Source: the human T2T-CHM13v2.0 reference genome, Homo sapiens
Assembly (NCBI RefSeq): GCF_009914755.1
Contig: NC_060932.1
Length of the DNA: 64,000 bases
Direction: 5' to 3' (one strand)
The position numbers and the translations under genes are program-made. Positions 27,451 through 42,927 of this stretch are shown piece by piece. How positions within the stretch are numbered: the first letter of the stretch is position 1; each line of letters opens with the position of its first letter. The notes beneath the pieces are model-generated. The model was not told the origin of the DNA, made no database searches, and saw only the letters and a program-made list of their open reading frames with translations.

Positions 27451-28213
27451 TTTGCTTATGTATGGGGGAATACCTTTGCTTTTCAAAGAGTAGCAATTAC
27501 AGTGGGTTCTTTCAGAGATGGTATTGAATGTTCTTCAAATCATTCAGGCTTTAATGAAGGGAGGAGAGAAAATTTGAGAGTCAGCAGCTTGGGCAGGGGT
27601 GGCCAGAAGCAAACTCAGTACCCGAGGCTGCCAGACCTATTTGTTGCCTGTTTCTTTCTATAGTTAGTGTGCAGGGGTTAGTTAGCCTCCCCCTTCCTTT
27701 CCTGGTCTGGGGCTTCTGATTTAACAGCCAGCCAGGACTGGGCTCCATCCTTCATTCCTGGTGAAAGCCAGTCTTCATCTAGCACTGAGTTCTGATGTCT
27801 GGTCCCTGCTCACAGTGCCCTCCAACTCCTGCTGTGCCGCCCAGATGCACTGGGAAAGTCACGTGTGCTTCCGGCTGCCCTCTGGCCACACTCATCAGCA
27901 GCCCTGACACTGTTACCTAATGGCCAGTAGTGAGCTGGGATCACTTCCACAACCTTCCCAGGTGCACGCTTTCTTCACATTTAAAATGTCTTCATTAGGG
28001 TGGTTTTCCTCAGTCTGACTCCATCTGCTTTATATCTAGCAAAAAAATCCTTGTTCTTTTTGTTGTGAAAAATATAAGCAGATTATTCCTTATTAAAAAA
28101 ATAGTTGGTCATTTCAGTGGATATTTGAATTGGGGGATGGAAATAATTGTGTTTGCAGCTGTACATTACCTAGAGAACCAAATTTCATTTTTCTGTTGTT
28201 GCTAGGGATGTAA

Positions 28214-28545
28214 ATTTATTTATTATTTATTATTTTTAAAATAAAAATTATATATGTATATGGTATACACATGTTTTGATGTAAGTATACATGGTGAAAG
28301 AGTATTGCAGTCAAACAAATTAACATATTCATCTCCTCACATAGTAACCTTGTTTTTCTGGTGATGACAGCACCTGAAATCTACTCTCTTAGTGAATTTC
28401 CAGAACCCAGTACAGCATTATTAACTATAGTCATCATGCTGTGCCTTAAATCTCTACACTTATTCATCCTATATTCATCTTACAAAGCTTGGTAACCTTT
28501 GATGAACACCTCCTCATTTTCCCACCTCTCTGCCCCTGGCTATCA
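28214..28545 (-). mobile_element. L1MA (MA8/9-like) 3' end
   Basis: aattaacatattcatctcctcacatagt...aatctactctcttag...ttattaactatagtcatcatgctgt. Confidence 0.88.
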
Positions 28546-29624
28546 GATATCTTTAAAAAATAATCCACCACTAAATGTTAAGTTTTGTTTAGTATGGTGG
28601 GTGCCAGTTATTGTCACCAGTAATGAGTGATTATCTACCCTAAGAAAGAGCCAGGATTTATAGCCTTGAAGAAATACAATTTCTGCCCTGTCCCAGGCTC
28701 CCTGCTATGACCGCCAGCCTAGGAGGCTCTGTCGAACTCCAGCAGAAACTCTCATCCTGCTGAGCTACTCAGAGGAGGCCACGGAGTATGCTGAATTCTA
28801 ATGATGCTGTGTACACTCAATGCCTGTCTACTCAGTTCTTATGTAAATAGTGTCTGATGCTTACAGAGTTGAGTTAAGGCATCCTTCCTTCGGTGTTTCT
28901 GAAAGAAAAAGGTAAATAAAACAAATTTAAAAGGAATATTTGGTACTTCACTCAGTTGTCCACCTGTACCTTGGTGAGTTTGTATTTATAGTGAGGAGAG
29001 ATGACATTGGGAATAGGAACCAGCTGTTTCTGAGATACAGTGATGAACTTTTACAATATCCAGAGAATGTAAAAATAATATAAATTCCATGTGGGTGGCA
29101 AATTGCCCCCAAGTGGACTGACCCTTTGCAATGAAGAGAAAACTTGTCAGCATTGTATTTTTGTTGTAGGTCACCATGGTGATTAATGAACACAGATTCC
29201 AAATGTAAAATGTGGTGGAATCATTTTCCATGGCTGGTTAATAACCAGGTCTATTACTCCCATAAACCTCAAGTCACGTTGGTGACTCTTTCCTTCTACC
29301 TTTAACCTGATTACCTCCACATATGTATAATGCTCTGAAGATGAACAGATAGGCAATGAACTTGCTTTGCTTCAGAAAGACATTGAGGTAGAGAGAGGCT
29401 CAGACTGCAGTTGCTGTTGGCTCTTCCGTTGGCAAAAGATCCCCAGCTTCCAATTAGCTAGAGCAAATTGGAACCAAAGTAGAAAATTGAATCTATAGAC
29501 TTGGCCTTGTATAATCAAGAAAACTTCAGAATTCTGGCTACTCTTATGGTGGAAATAGAACACACTCTCATCAATCATGCAGTTAAAGGTCCAAGCATAT
29601 GAACATTATAAAGAACTACCTTTA

Positions 29625-29916
<292 letters not shown>

Positions 29917-30299
29917 CTACCTTTTCTTTATTGAGGTGGATCTGTAATGTCTCCACTTACTCTGCAAAATACCTGTGATGAAGGGTCTTTTGGAGAAGAC
30001 AGTAGTGAGATCGTGGTATTTAATCCTTTGATATTTAGTGAGAGAGTCCATTGTGTCTCACGTTATGCATTAGATCCAGAGTTAAGTTTACAAATATTTA
30101 TTTCTGCATTGGAATTGATTGTGAGATTCTGTGTGGGTATTGTTGTGCTTGTGCATTTGTGTGAGTGTTGTAGTTGTTATTGTTGGTGGGGTCGTTAATA
30201 ATGAAAGGGAACACATCCTCTCTTTGGTGATTCTCTTAACCCACTGTCAACTGAAATAGAGTTCATATAGTCTTGGCAATATTTGCAACACTCTGATAC

Positions 30300-30800
30300 C
30301 TCTTAAAACAAATTGTATCTTTAAATGTATTTACAGTCTAGTTTACTACTGCTGCCTCTTTTCATTTCTATTGCCACCAGTTTAGCCTTAGTTTTCTCTT
30401 GCCTGAAAGAGTGTATTTCAGTGGACTTCTCTATCACTGGTTACCTTCCCCATAGATTCATTCCATCTTCAGTTGCCAGATTAATCTTTCTAATGCTCAA
30501 TTCTAATGATGTCTCTCCCATTCCCAAATTTTCTCAGTCTTTCCCATTGCCTAACAAAAATAGAGTTCTAAAATGATATTTATTTCAAACATATGTGTGC
30601 CTGTCTCCCAACTCATTACATCTCTCAGCTTGATGCCTTTTCCCCGTTACTCTGGGCACAAAGCCTTCTTTTTCTGTTCCCGTTGCCGGAACTCACTCAG
30701 CTCTTCAGCACCTCACCAGGCCTTCGCTGTGCCTCAGATCTCGGTTCTGTGATCACATTTCTGTGTATCCGTCTCCCCGTGGGCAAACTCCTCTCTATAC
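30300..30800 (+). mobile_element. L2 fragment
   Basis: ttgccagattaatctttctaa...tctaatgatgtctctccc...ttcccattgcc. Confidence 0.6.
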
Positions 30801-30863
30801 TGAAGCCCTTTTTTCAAATCTTCTAACTCTTTGCCCTGATGAAAATTCACCTCTTTTTACTGA

Positions 30864-31256
<393 letters not shown>

Positions 31257-33060
31257 TAGCATTGCTATGCTACCTTCCCTGAAGAGCCTTTTATGGGCTG
31301 TGTGATGGATTCCTGCAGAATGTTCTCCTGTGAGCATGCCTTATAGCTGAGGTCTAGGACAGCCCCATTGCACTGTTCTTGCATCTTCATTACGATGGGA
31401 AATAAATCCTGCCATGCCTTTGATACTTCTAAGCAGATATTCTTCTCTCCATTCCTAGCCTGCTTACTTCGTTGGGTTTGGTGAATAGAGTTATGATGTA
31501 GCCTAAATCTAGATATCCTTTTTGCTTTTACATTTTCTGTGTATGGGTTACTTTTATACCACCTTTTGAATATCCACATTTAATGACCTATCCCTGCACA
31601 TGTACTCGGTTATTCTTTTAGGCACTAAAATATCGTATTATTTTCCATCACTTAATAGCCAGCTAAGCCGGATTCAGCTGTAAAGAGCAGTTCTAAATCT
31701 CCAAAGGCTCACAGCAATTTGCAGAAGCAGGAATTTGGTCTAACAAATTGTTTTTCTTATGATAAGTAACCTAGTCATAGTTTGTCTCTTTTTAAAATGC
31801 CTCATGAAACAGCAGCCACTCTCTGAATACTGCTGTTGATGGCACCATAGCATCGAAGGAGGACAGCATGCTGTCAGCTTGATGGCTGCCAGTCCTTTTG
31901 AACAATTTCTTGTCCTCATTTTCCTTTCTTTGTACCTGTTTACTGATAAAATTTGGTTGCAAATTATGTAAATTTAATATGGTAGCCTACATTCCTCTTG
32001 TAAGGAACAATAAGCCAAACTTATACTAAACAATCCCATGACCCTTCTTAATACCCTTTTGTAATTACTTCTATAATTGGATTATCAGAAATTATTGTCA
32101 CATGTGAAGTCTCTTCAATAGGGCATAAGGAGTTGTCAGGAAGGGGGTAGGATTTTTATATTTTTGTCCCGCATATATGACTTTGCCTAAACAACTTTAT
32201 GATACCAAAATTAATATAGAAAGAGAGTTCATAAAACTTGATTCGGCACCATAATATCTGAGATATAAATGCTTCCCGTGTTCTTTAAAATGTGTGATTT
32301 CTAAACTGAACTTATTTTGCTTAACTAACAAGTTATTAAAAGACAAAAAAAAAAAAAAAAAAGCAACCCAAAGCAGCATATCCTTCTTTCCTTTCCTTCT
32401 TGTTATCCCATCCTGGAATAATAATATTCATCAGCTAACGGAAAGTCAGCTACTTCAAATAGTACTAATGGAACTTGCTAAATATACTGATTAGGGCTTT
32501 TTACTTTTTAAAATTTAGAGTGAAGTACTTTATAAAGGATTCTCTCTTTTTTTGGGCAGCTTTTTTACTGTATGGAAGCATGCATATGTTTCTCTTAATA
32601 GACTTTCAGCCTTGACTAACACTTTCAATGTTTTATAACTCCCAGGCTGGCTAAAAGTAATAATACCGGTTGAAATGTGATCAACACAAACATTATTTAT
32701 TTGGTAATTTAATGCTCTTGGGAAGCTATTTGGGGGTAGTTTTCATTCTGGAGGTTGTCAATGGTAGAGAAAAAGAAAATTAAAGCAAAACTATGTCATG
32801 TACAAAGGAGAACAATTTTTAATTTGAGAAAATTTGCTCATGTAATCTTTTTTTTAATAGATCATTCTCTGTCAGAATATTTCTGGTCACTTTTGTCCCC
32901 AGCATACAAATACAAGAGTTGATTTCTAACTGTTCACGGTCAAGTCTGTGCCTGCAGCATCAATATTTAGCAGGCCACTTCCTCTAATTATATCTGTGAT
33001 GGAAGGTGAAACATTAAAGAACCCTATTAGTGAGGCACGTCATGTCACATTACAAATTAG

Positions 33061-33572
<512 letters not shown>

Positions 33573-34191
33573 TTATATCTAGATTCATTCAATTACCTAC
33601 AGTCTTCAAAATAAATCTTGAAAGTTTTAACAAGAGTAATTTCTCTAGGAAGTCTTTTTTGGAATGGATTCATTTTAAATTGCAGAAAGATTTAGTGAGA
33701 ATATCAACAGAAAATCTTGGTCTTGGCCAGTTTTATGAATAAATAAAATAAGATAAAGACTGCATGAGACTATATTAAACTATATTATGCTAGTGTATGC
33801 TTTTCTCTGAAAAAATCATACTGAGTTTAAAAATTATGCATATGAAATTATTATGGACTCATAGGGGGCATAAGCAACTTTTATTAACTAATAGCAAGTG
33901 TTTATTTCTTTGAAACATAGAGGTTAAAAAGCCATCTTTTAATTGAATGCTTAAAAAATTCACTACTTTTGGTGACAGATGTTATTTGCACAAGAATGAC
34001 AAAAATATTACCTTCTTTCACTACTCCTAGCACTATCCATCTAAATCCCAGACTTAATGCAATGAGTTGGAGATACATTACCTCCTGACAATTTCACAGT
34101 TATCTTTATCCATTATCACTGGCATATAAACCACATCTATTTTCTGATTTAGCAGTAGGAAAATCTGGGGAAATTAATTTAAAATATAATG

Positions 34192-34502
34192 TTTCTTTTC
34201 TTTTCTTTTCTTTTTGACGGAGTCTCACTATGTCGCCCAGGCTGCAGTGCAGTGGCACGACCTCAGCTCACTATAAGCTCCGCCTCCCAGGTTCACGCCA
34301 TTCTCCTGCCTCAGCCTCCTGGATAGCTGATACTACAGGCACCCACCACCACACCCAGCTAATTTTTTATTTTTTTGTATTTTTAGTGGAGATGGGGTTT
34401 CACAATGTTAGCCAGGATGGTCTCGATTTCCTGACCTCGTGACCCGCCTGCCTCAGCTTCCCAAAGTGCTGGGATTATAGGAGTGAGCCACTGCACCTGG
34501 CC
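34192..34502 (-). mobile_element. AluY-like
   Basis: ttcacgccattctcc, aagctccgcc, gttagccaggatggtctcgat. TSD tataatgttt. Confidence 0.95.
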
Positions 34503-37154
34503 TATAATGTTTATTTTCTAGAAGCAAAATATTTCTCTCTCTGAGCTCTATAACATATAGTAAAGTTCTTTTAATCAATTTGCCTCTTTTGACCTGGGGT
34601 GCTTTTTTTCCTATTTGATACCTTTATCACTGGTGATTTTAGAATAGACTCATTCTAGTTGGCTTTGAGATAGATACCAATACCTAAATGATACACTCAC
34701 TACATAGCAACACTCATGTTTTGGTGACTTTTTGAGTTTATGCTGTTATACAATACCACAAATTGTATAATCATAAGACTTTCACCTCTGTGGCCTATCA
34801 ACTCCAAATTGCAGCTAGGCAGATATGAAACTGCTTGACAGTGCAGTAGTGTCCTTGTTAGACTCATGGATGAGGAAAAGGCCTGCGTATTTTTCCAACC
34901 TATTCTCTGCAGGACAAGGCTAACTTATTTTCGGGCAAACACCTTTCCCTGGGTCTCCCTAGGAGAATTATGCCATTCATGCTAGGACATTCTGTAGTAT
35001 TTGGAAGATAACCGTTGTCCCGAATGTTTGGCTCTAGTTTTGTTTAGAAGTAGTAATTGGTTTCAGATGAAGCTTTGCATAAGTTCAATTTCTAGTGTTC
35101 TATGAATATGTGAATAACGTTAAATTTTCTTCAAGGTGGTGATAGATGAATCCAAGTAAGCTTTCTGGGTAGCATTTAATTTGCTATCATGTGAGATAAA
35201 GGGTAAAAATCAAGCTAATTGATCAATTATATTTATTCAGGGATCTAGAAAAAACAATTTGTTTTTCTTAATCCAGAGCAAAGAATTGTAATCACTGCTG
35301 TATACAGGTTAAGCTTCTTACTGAAGAGGTCTTTCTGGGTGAGCCCCAGTGAAGGGTGTTTTACCTGTCTCTTGGGGTAAGAAGTCAGCCTTACCCCAAG
35401 AGATAGCCAGGGGAATCCACAGATTAATTCCCTTATGCATGAATCTGACAATGAGGCTATCAACATTATAAGCAGTTTTCTATCTAGCTACATTTTGGAC
35501 TTTGTAGTCGAGTGAGGTGAAAGTCCTGTGATTGTACAGTTAGCACATTTTATATGACAGTATAATCTTAAAAAATAACATAGAAACAGAAACATTAGAA
35601 ACGTAAGTCACAGTTTGTGAGTATGTCATTTTTTAGGGAAAAATAAAATATAGTAACGATTTATGAGGCCCCAAAGTTTTATATAAAAATGAAAAAGCTG
35701 TTTGGCAGTTAGGAATGACCGTAGCCTTCTGTCAAATCAGTCTTGACAACTGTTAAAAGACATTATCATCACAAATAGGGCTGCATTTCACTCTGTCTGT
35801 CAAATACAATCAATATATATGACTTTAAGAAAGTGTGACCATTTTCCCGGAGTGACACCAACAAGATGGTGGAATAGGAATTTTTGTTTAACTTGACTCA
35901 CCTCACAGAAATCCAACTAGCAACTATCCACAGGCAAGAATACCAACCCAAATATTCAAGAACTTGGGAGTGAGTGCCACACCAGAGAAACTAGCCAACA
36001 GTGTCATACTGTAGGAAACACCGCCCACAAGTCTTCTAGGCTTGAATTCCTAGCGAGCTTCCCCACATTTGCCAGGTGCTTCTAAGCCAATGATTATGGA
36101 GGGAGCATCTGGCCCTGCCTGACCCTAGCAGTGGAGAGGTAATCCAACTAAGTTCTGGCGCTCACATGAAATCTTCCCCAGATTGGGAGAGAAGCAACTG
36201 CATGTCAGTGATTACTCATGGACACAATATCTGGTCCTGCCCAAGCCTAGCAGTGAAGAGATGATCCAACTCAGCCCTGATGCTCTCATTATGTCTTCCC
36301 CAAACCAGGAGGCAGTTGCAGGTCAGTGATTACCCATGGAAAGAGCATCTGGCCACCACCAAACCTTGGCGTTCTACTCTACCCTAGACCAGTAGGTAAG
36401 CCCAAGTCCACACATGTCTATAGGGCATATCCTCTGGCCTTGTCCACCTTGTGTGGCTGAGTAACAACCACAAAAATCTCACCCAGCATGGGAGCCTGTC
36501 ATACAGCTGTGCCCAACTACAGGTTCCAAACAACAGAGCCAGGGAAGACAACTTGCAACTCTACCTAATCAGACATGGCTGCAGAGTCCAATCAGCAGCC
36601 TCACCTGATGGCAAAGTTCAGCTAGTGGTTTCACTGATCACAGAGCACAGCCAGAAATACTATTTGATCTCAGAGCACAGGAAGCAGCTCAGCCCAATTA
36701 TAGAACCTGACACCAAGCAAAGGCTGCCAGCCACCCCTCCAGAATCTCAGGCTAGACTAAATGGTAAAGATCTATAACCACCAAAAAACACCTGCAAAGG
36801 CTGGAAAATTTGGCTTTCTCCTCAAATGCACAGGCATAAGGACACAAAGATAATGAAAAATCAGGCAACATGACACCACCAAAAGAAACCAATAAAGCTT
36901 GTGTAATAGACCCAGAATAAATGGAGATCTATGAAATGACTGACAAAGAATTTAGAATAATCCTCTAAAAGAAGTTCAGGGAACTACAAGAAAATACAGA
37001 TAGAGAATTAAGTGAAGTTTAGAAAACAGTTTATAAACAAAAAGAAAAGTTTGACAGAGAAATGGAAGAAACAAATAAAAAAATCAAATGAAAGTCATAG
37101 TGATAAAGGATATAATAACTGAACCCTAAAAGTCAATAGAAAGCTTCAAAGAAG

Positions 37155-37480
37155 ACTGGATATGGTGGCACGTGCCTGAAATCCCAGTACTTTGGGGGGC
37201 TGAGGCAGGCTAATCATTTGAGTCCAGGAGTTCAAGACCAGACTAAGCAATATGGAGAAAACCTGCCTCTACCAAAAAAAAAAAAGAAAAATTGCAAAAT
37301 TCAGTCAGGAATGATGATGTGTGCCTGTAGTCCCAGATATTCAGAGGCTGAGGTTGGAGGATTGCTTGAGCCCTGGAGGTTGAGGCTGCAGTGAGCTATG
37401 ATTGCACCTTTGCACTCACTGGGTGACAGAGTGAGACCCTGTCTCAAAAAAAATGACTAAATAATAAATAAATAAATAAA
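37155..37480 (+). mobile_element. AluJ nested in L1 ORF1
   Basis: AluJ diagnostics (ggaggattgcttgagcc, gaggctgcagtgagctatgat). (AAAT)n tail. Confidence 0.92.
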
Positions 37481-39477
37481 TATACTTTAAAGCAGATTTA
37501 AGCAGCAGAAAGAATCAGTGAGTTCAAATATAGGACATTTGAAATTATCGAATCAAAGCAGTAAAAATCAACAATATAAAAGAGTGAAGAAGGCCTATGA
37601 AAATTATAGAACACCAGTAAGTGGACTAAACTTTGCATAATACAAATTCCTGAAGGATGAGAGAGTGCAAAAGGCTGAGACAGCATATTTAAGAAAATAA
37701 TGGCTGAAAAATTCCCAAATCTGGAGACAGATAATCTCCTGGAAGCTCAGAGTTGCCAATCAAATTGAACCCAAAGAGGAGTTTACTATACACATAATAA
37801 TCAAATTATTAAAAATTAAGATAAAGAATACAGAAAGTAGCTACAGAAAATAAGCATATCACATTCAAGGGAGCCCCAGTACATCTTTCAGCTTATTTCT
37901 CAACAGAAATCCCACAGGCCATGAGAGAGTGGGATGGTATACTCAGAATACTGGGGAAAAGAAAGACTATCAACCAAAAATACTATACCTGGTAAAGCTG
38001 TTCTTCATAAATGAGGGACAAAAAAAAAACTTTCGAGCAAATAAAAACAGACAAACAAAAGCTAAGGGAGTTTATCACCACTAGGCCTGCTTTACAGGAA
38101 TTACTAAATGGTTTCTTTAAGCTGAAAGAAAAGGCTTTTAATAACAAAAGATATGTGAATGTAAAAAACTCTTTGGTATAAGTAATGCCTGGTCATACTC
38201 TGAATTCTCTAATACTGTAACGGTGGTATATAAAACAATTGTATTCCTACTAGGAGGGTTAACACACAAAAAAATTGAAAACAACTATAGCTAGAATAAA
38301 TTGTTGAGATAGAAATTACAAAAACAAATGTAAATTTGGACTTCAATATCATAAAAGTTGTTGGGAGGGTGAAAGTGTAGTTTTTATATGCATGTAAAGG
38401 CAAGTTGTTATCAGCTTAAAGTAGCCTTTCATAAGGATGAGATATTTTATGTAAGCCTCATGACCACCACAAAAGTAGAAACCTATAGCAGTTTCACAAA
38501 ATGTAAGAAGAAAGAATTCAAAGCATATCACCACAGAAAACCATCAAACCACAAAGGAAGACAGCAGGAAAGGAAGAAAAAAAGAAGGGACCTAAAAAAC
38601 AATCAGGAAACAAATTACAAAAAGACAGTAGCAGGTTCTTACCTATCAATAATTACCTTGAATATATGTGGTGTAAATTCTTCAATGAAATGATATAGAG
38701 TGGCTGAATGGATTAAAAAAGAAATAAGATCTAACCCCATCCTACCTACAAGAGCCTCACCTTATCAGTAATGATACATGAACTGAAAGAGAAGGGATGG
38801 AAAATGGTATTCCATGCAAATGGAAACTAAAAGGGAGCAATGATAACCAACTTACATTAGACAAAATATAGTTTAAGTAAAAAACAATAAAAAGAGACAA
38901 AGAAGTTTGTTACATAATGACAAAGGAGTTAATTCATCAAGCAGACATAAAAGTTGTAAATATATGTGCACTAAACATTGTAGCACTGAAATACATATAG
39001 AAATTATTAAATGATCTGAAGGGACAGATAGATTGCAATACTGTAATAGCAGGGGAATCTGAACACCACACTTTAAACAATGGACAGATCATCTAGATGG
39101 AAAAGAAACACTGGAATTGAATTGTAATTTAGATCAAATAGACCTAATAAATATGTACAGAACATTCCATCCAACAATGGTAAAATACACATTCTCCTCA
39201 AATGCATATGGAACACTCTCCAGATAGATCACACATTAGGCCACAAAACAAATCTTAACAAATTTAAGAGAATGAAAATAATACGTGTGATAACAGGTTA
39301 ACATCCAAAATATATAATGAACTCAAACAATTCAATAGCAAGAAAACAACTCAAATTATATGTTGGCAAAGTACTTGAACAGTCATTTTTGAAAAGAAGA
39401 CATATAAATGGCCAATAGGTATATGAACAAATGCTCAGCATTGCAAATCATTAGAAAAATCGAAACCACAATAAAAG

Positions 39478-39615
39478 AGCCAGGCATGGTGGCATCTGCC
39501 TGTAATTTCAGCCACTTGGAAGGCTGAGACAGGAGGGATCATTTGAGACCAGCCAGAGCAATATAGTGAGGCTCTGGCTCTGAAACAAAAAATGAAAAAT
39601 AAAAATAAAAATAAA
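39478..39615 (+). mobile_element. FLAM-like Alu monomer nested in L1
   Basis: gccaggcatggtggc...tgagaccagccagagcaatatagtgag followed by an A-rich tail. Confidence 0.8.
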
Positions 39616-40307
39616 TTATATAATGGGTATCACCTCATACCCATTAGAATGTCTTTATCAAAATGATGAAAGGCAAGTGTTGGGAGAGGATATGGAGAAA
39701 AAGGAACTTCTGTATATTATTGGCGGGAATGTATATATTATGGAGGTTCCTCAAAAAACTAAAGATAGAAATATTGTATGACTCAGTAATTCCACTTCTG
39801 GGTATATATTCAAAGGAACTGAAATCAATGTCGAAGGGATGTTCATTGCAGCATTATTCACAATAGCTGAGATATGGAAGCAACCTAAGCATCCATCAGT
39901 GGATGAATGGATAAAGAAAAGATGGTGTATATACATAATAAACTACTCTTAGACCTTAAAAAAGGGGAAAATGCTGTCACTTGTGACAACATGGATGAAT
40001 CTGGAGGACCTTATGCTAAGTGAAATAAGCTAGGAACAGAAAGACAAATACTGTATGATTGTACTTTGAACTCATAGAATTAGAGAGTAGAACAGTGGTT
40101 ACCAGAGGCTGGGGTAAGGGTAGGGGGTTGGGGAGGGAGGGAATGAGAAGTTGTTAATCAAAGGTTACCAAGTTTCTAATAGACAGGAAGAGTAGGTTTT
40201 AATATCTATTGCATAGCAAGGCATCTATAGTCAATAATAATGTATTATATACTTCAAAGTAACTAAGATAAATGTTTAAATATTAATTTTAAAAAAAGAA
40301 GTGTGGA

Positions 40308-40655
<348 letters not shown>

Positions 40656-40774
40656 TCAGCTACTTTTGGCTATCCTTGTGGGAGAGGGATTTTAGAATTA
40701 AACCTCAGACCAATGCCCAGTAAACCAAGTGGAAACTGAGTTTCTCAGAATTGCCTTGCTGGGAGCAAATTGTG

Positions 40775-40994
40775 TGATATAGAGTGGCTGAATGGAAAAA
40801 ACAACAACAAAAACAACAAGATCTAACCACATGGTACCTACAAGAGACTCATATTACTAGTAAGGAAACAAACTGAAAGAGAAGGGATGGAGAAAGTTTA
40901 CCCATGCAAATGGGAACTGATAGAGAGCTGGGATAATTAACTTACATCAGACAAAATAGAATTTAAGTAAAAAACAATAAAAAGAGACAAGGAA
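40775..40994 (+). repeat. Isolated copy of the L1 ORF2 5' segment, similar to 38691-38903
   Basis: Shares exact blocks tgatatagagtggctgaatgga, aactgaaagagaagggatgga and tttaagtaaaaaacaataaaaagagacaa with 38691-38903. Confidence 0.9.
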
Positions 40995-42300
40995 TTTGAA
41001 ATCACTTATTTATTGTTGTATAAGTCAACCAGCAAACTATTCTAAGTACCATAAAGGATATGTCTCCATCAGGTTCACATGACATCCTTGGTGTCTGACC
41101 ATCACTTGCTTAGTAATTCAGCACATCCATGGGCCTCTGGAGCTGATGGTGGGAAAACGGGCCTGATTTTGCAGTAGAAAAAAACTGAGCTGGAAAACTG
41201 AAGATTTCATTCTGGACTCAGCTTTCCCTGTATATAATGATTGGCTTTCAGACACTTCAGTAACTTCTTGGGGCTGTTTCTTTATGGTGTCATTGGTTTG
41301 GGTGGTGGATTGTGTGCCTTTAAGGACATTCCACTTCTGATACCGCTTGATTCTAAATTCCATTTATTCTGTTCCATTCTTTCATTTCTCTCTTTTGTAG
41401 TTGAATTTCAAGTAACCAGTTATAGATGTAGCTCAGAGTGCCACATTTTTTGTAAAGATAAGTTTCAGTTTGAAGTCTAACCAGGTGATTATTTTTGATA
41501 TAAAACCAATTTATTCTTCATATACTGAAGACAAATGTGTACTTCTTTGGAATGATTGCTGTTAGTTATGAGAAGAGATTGTACAGCCATGGAAAAAATA
41601 TTCGTTATCCATGAACATTCACCCGCTGATTTTCTTCTAGGTTTCTTCCCCCATTTTGGCAAGCTAATTGAAGTTAGGCTATTTCTAAATAAAGAGATTC
41701 ACTAATTGCAAGTTGGCCAGTTTCTTGGGAGATTTTGGAAAGTCAAAATAGCTAGAAGGAATTCTAACAACTCTCAAGCCCCAAATCCCTTTGTGGTTGA
41801 TACAGTTTGATTTTCCCATATTCTTTTCTTGATTTGTCTCATTTCTTCCCTTCACTAGTTTCCCATTTCTGAAGAAGGAAGTAAAGTGTCCGAATTGCAT
41901 TCAGGGCATTTAAAAAGAATTTGTTCTGCATCTCTAATTACCTTTATCTATTATGTGAGGATTTTACTCACTTTGCCAAATTGCATTGCTACATAGCCCA
42001 TTAGGGATTTTTAAAACCAGGATTAGAGCATGCTGCATATTCAGAACTTCAGTTATTAATTCATTTCTAGCAGAAAAATTTTGTTCTAATTATTGTAGCA
42101 TTGCAATGTTGGACATTGGTCAAAGCTTTCAAAAATGGTTAAAAAAGCAACTTGAATTTACAGTTGACCTTTGAAAACCACACGGCTTAGGAATACTGAC
42201 CCACAGTGGAGTCAAATATCTTTGTGTAATTTTGAATCCCGTGAAACTTAACTACTAATAGCCTACTGTTGATAGAAAGCCTTAACAATAACATAAATGA

Positions 42301-42627
<327 letters not shown>

Positions 42628-42927
42628 TGCTGTATTCTTACAATACAGTAAGACAGAGAAAGAAAAATATTATTAAGAAAATCATAAGGAAAATACAATA
42701 TATTTACTATTCATTAAACAGAAGTGGACCATCATAAAAGTCTTCATCCTTGTTGTCTTCACTTTAACTAGGCTGAGGCGGATGAGGAAGATGAGGGTTT
42801 GCTCTCAGAGACAGCAAAGTGAAAGAGGTAGTGGAAGTAGAAGGGGAGGCAGGAGAGGCAGGCACATTTGATGTAGCTTTATGGGAATAAATTATAATTT
42901 ATCTGAATTTTTGCTTTTTTATTTCCT

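Larger units (their letters stand above)
35845..40296 (+). mobile_element. L1MA-type LINE-1: 5'UTR, decayed ORF1, endonuclease start and 3' end; RT region deleted
   Basis: 5' start caagatggtggaatagg. ORF1 text gaaatgactgacaaagaatttagaataa. ORF2 start ataattaccttgaat...agagtggctgaatggat. Abrupt jump near 39285 to the ORF2 C-terminus and 3'UTR. Many stops and frameshifts. Confidence 0.9.

Noticed and set aside
39663-39866. ORF with L1 ORF2 C-terminal similarity (WRFLKKLKIEILYDSVIPLLGIYSKE)
   Set aside because: Fossil fragment of the decayed L1, not a functional CDS.
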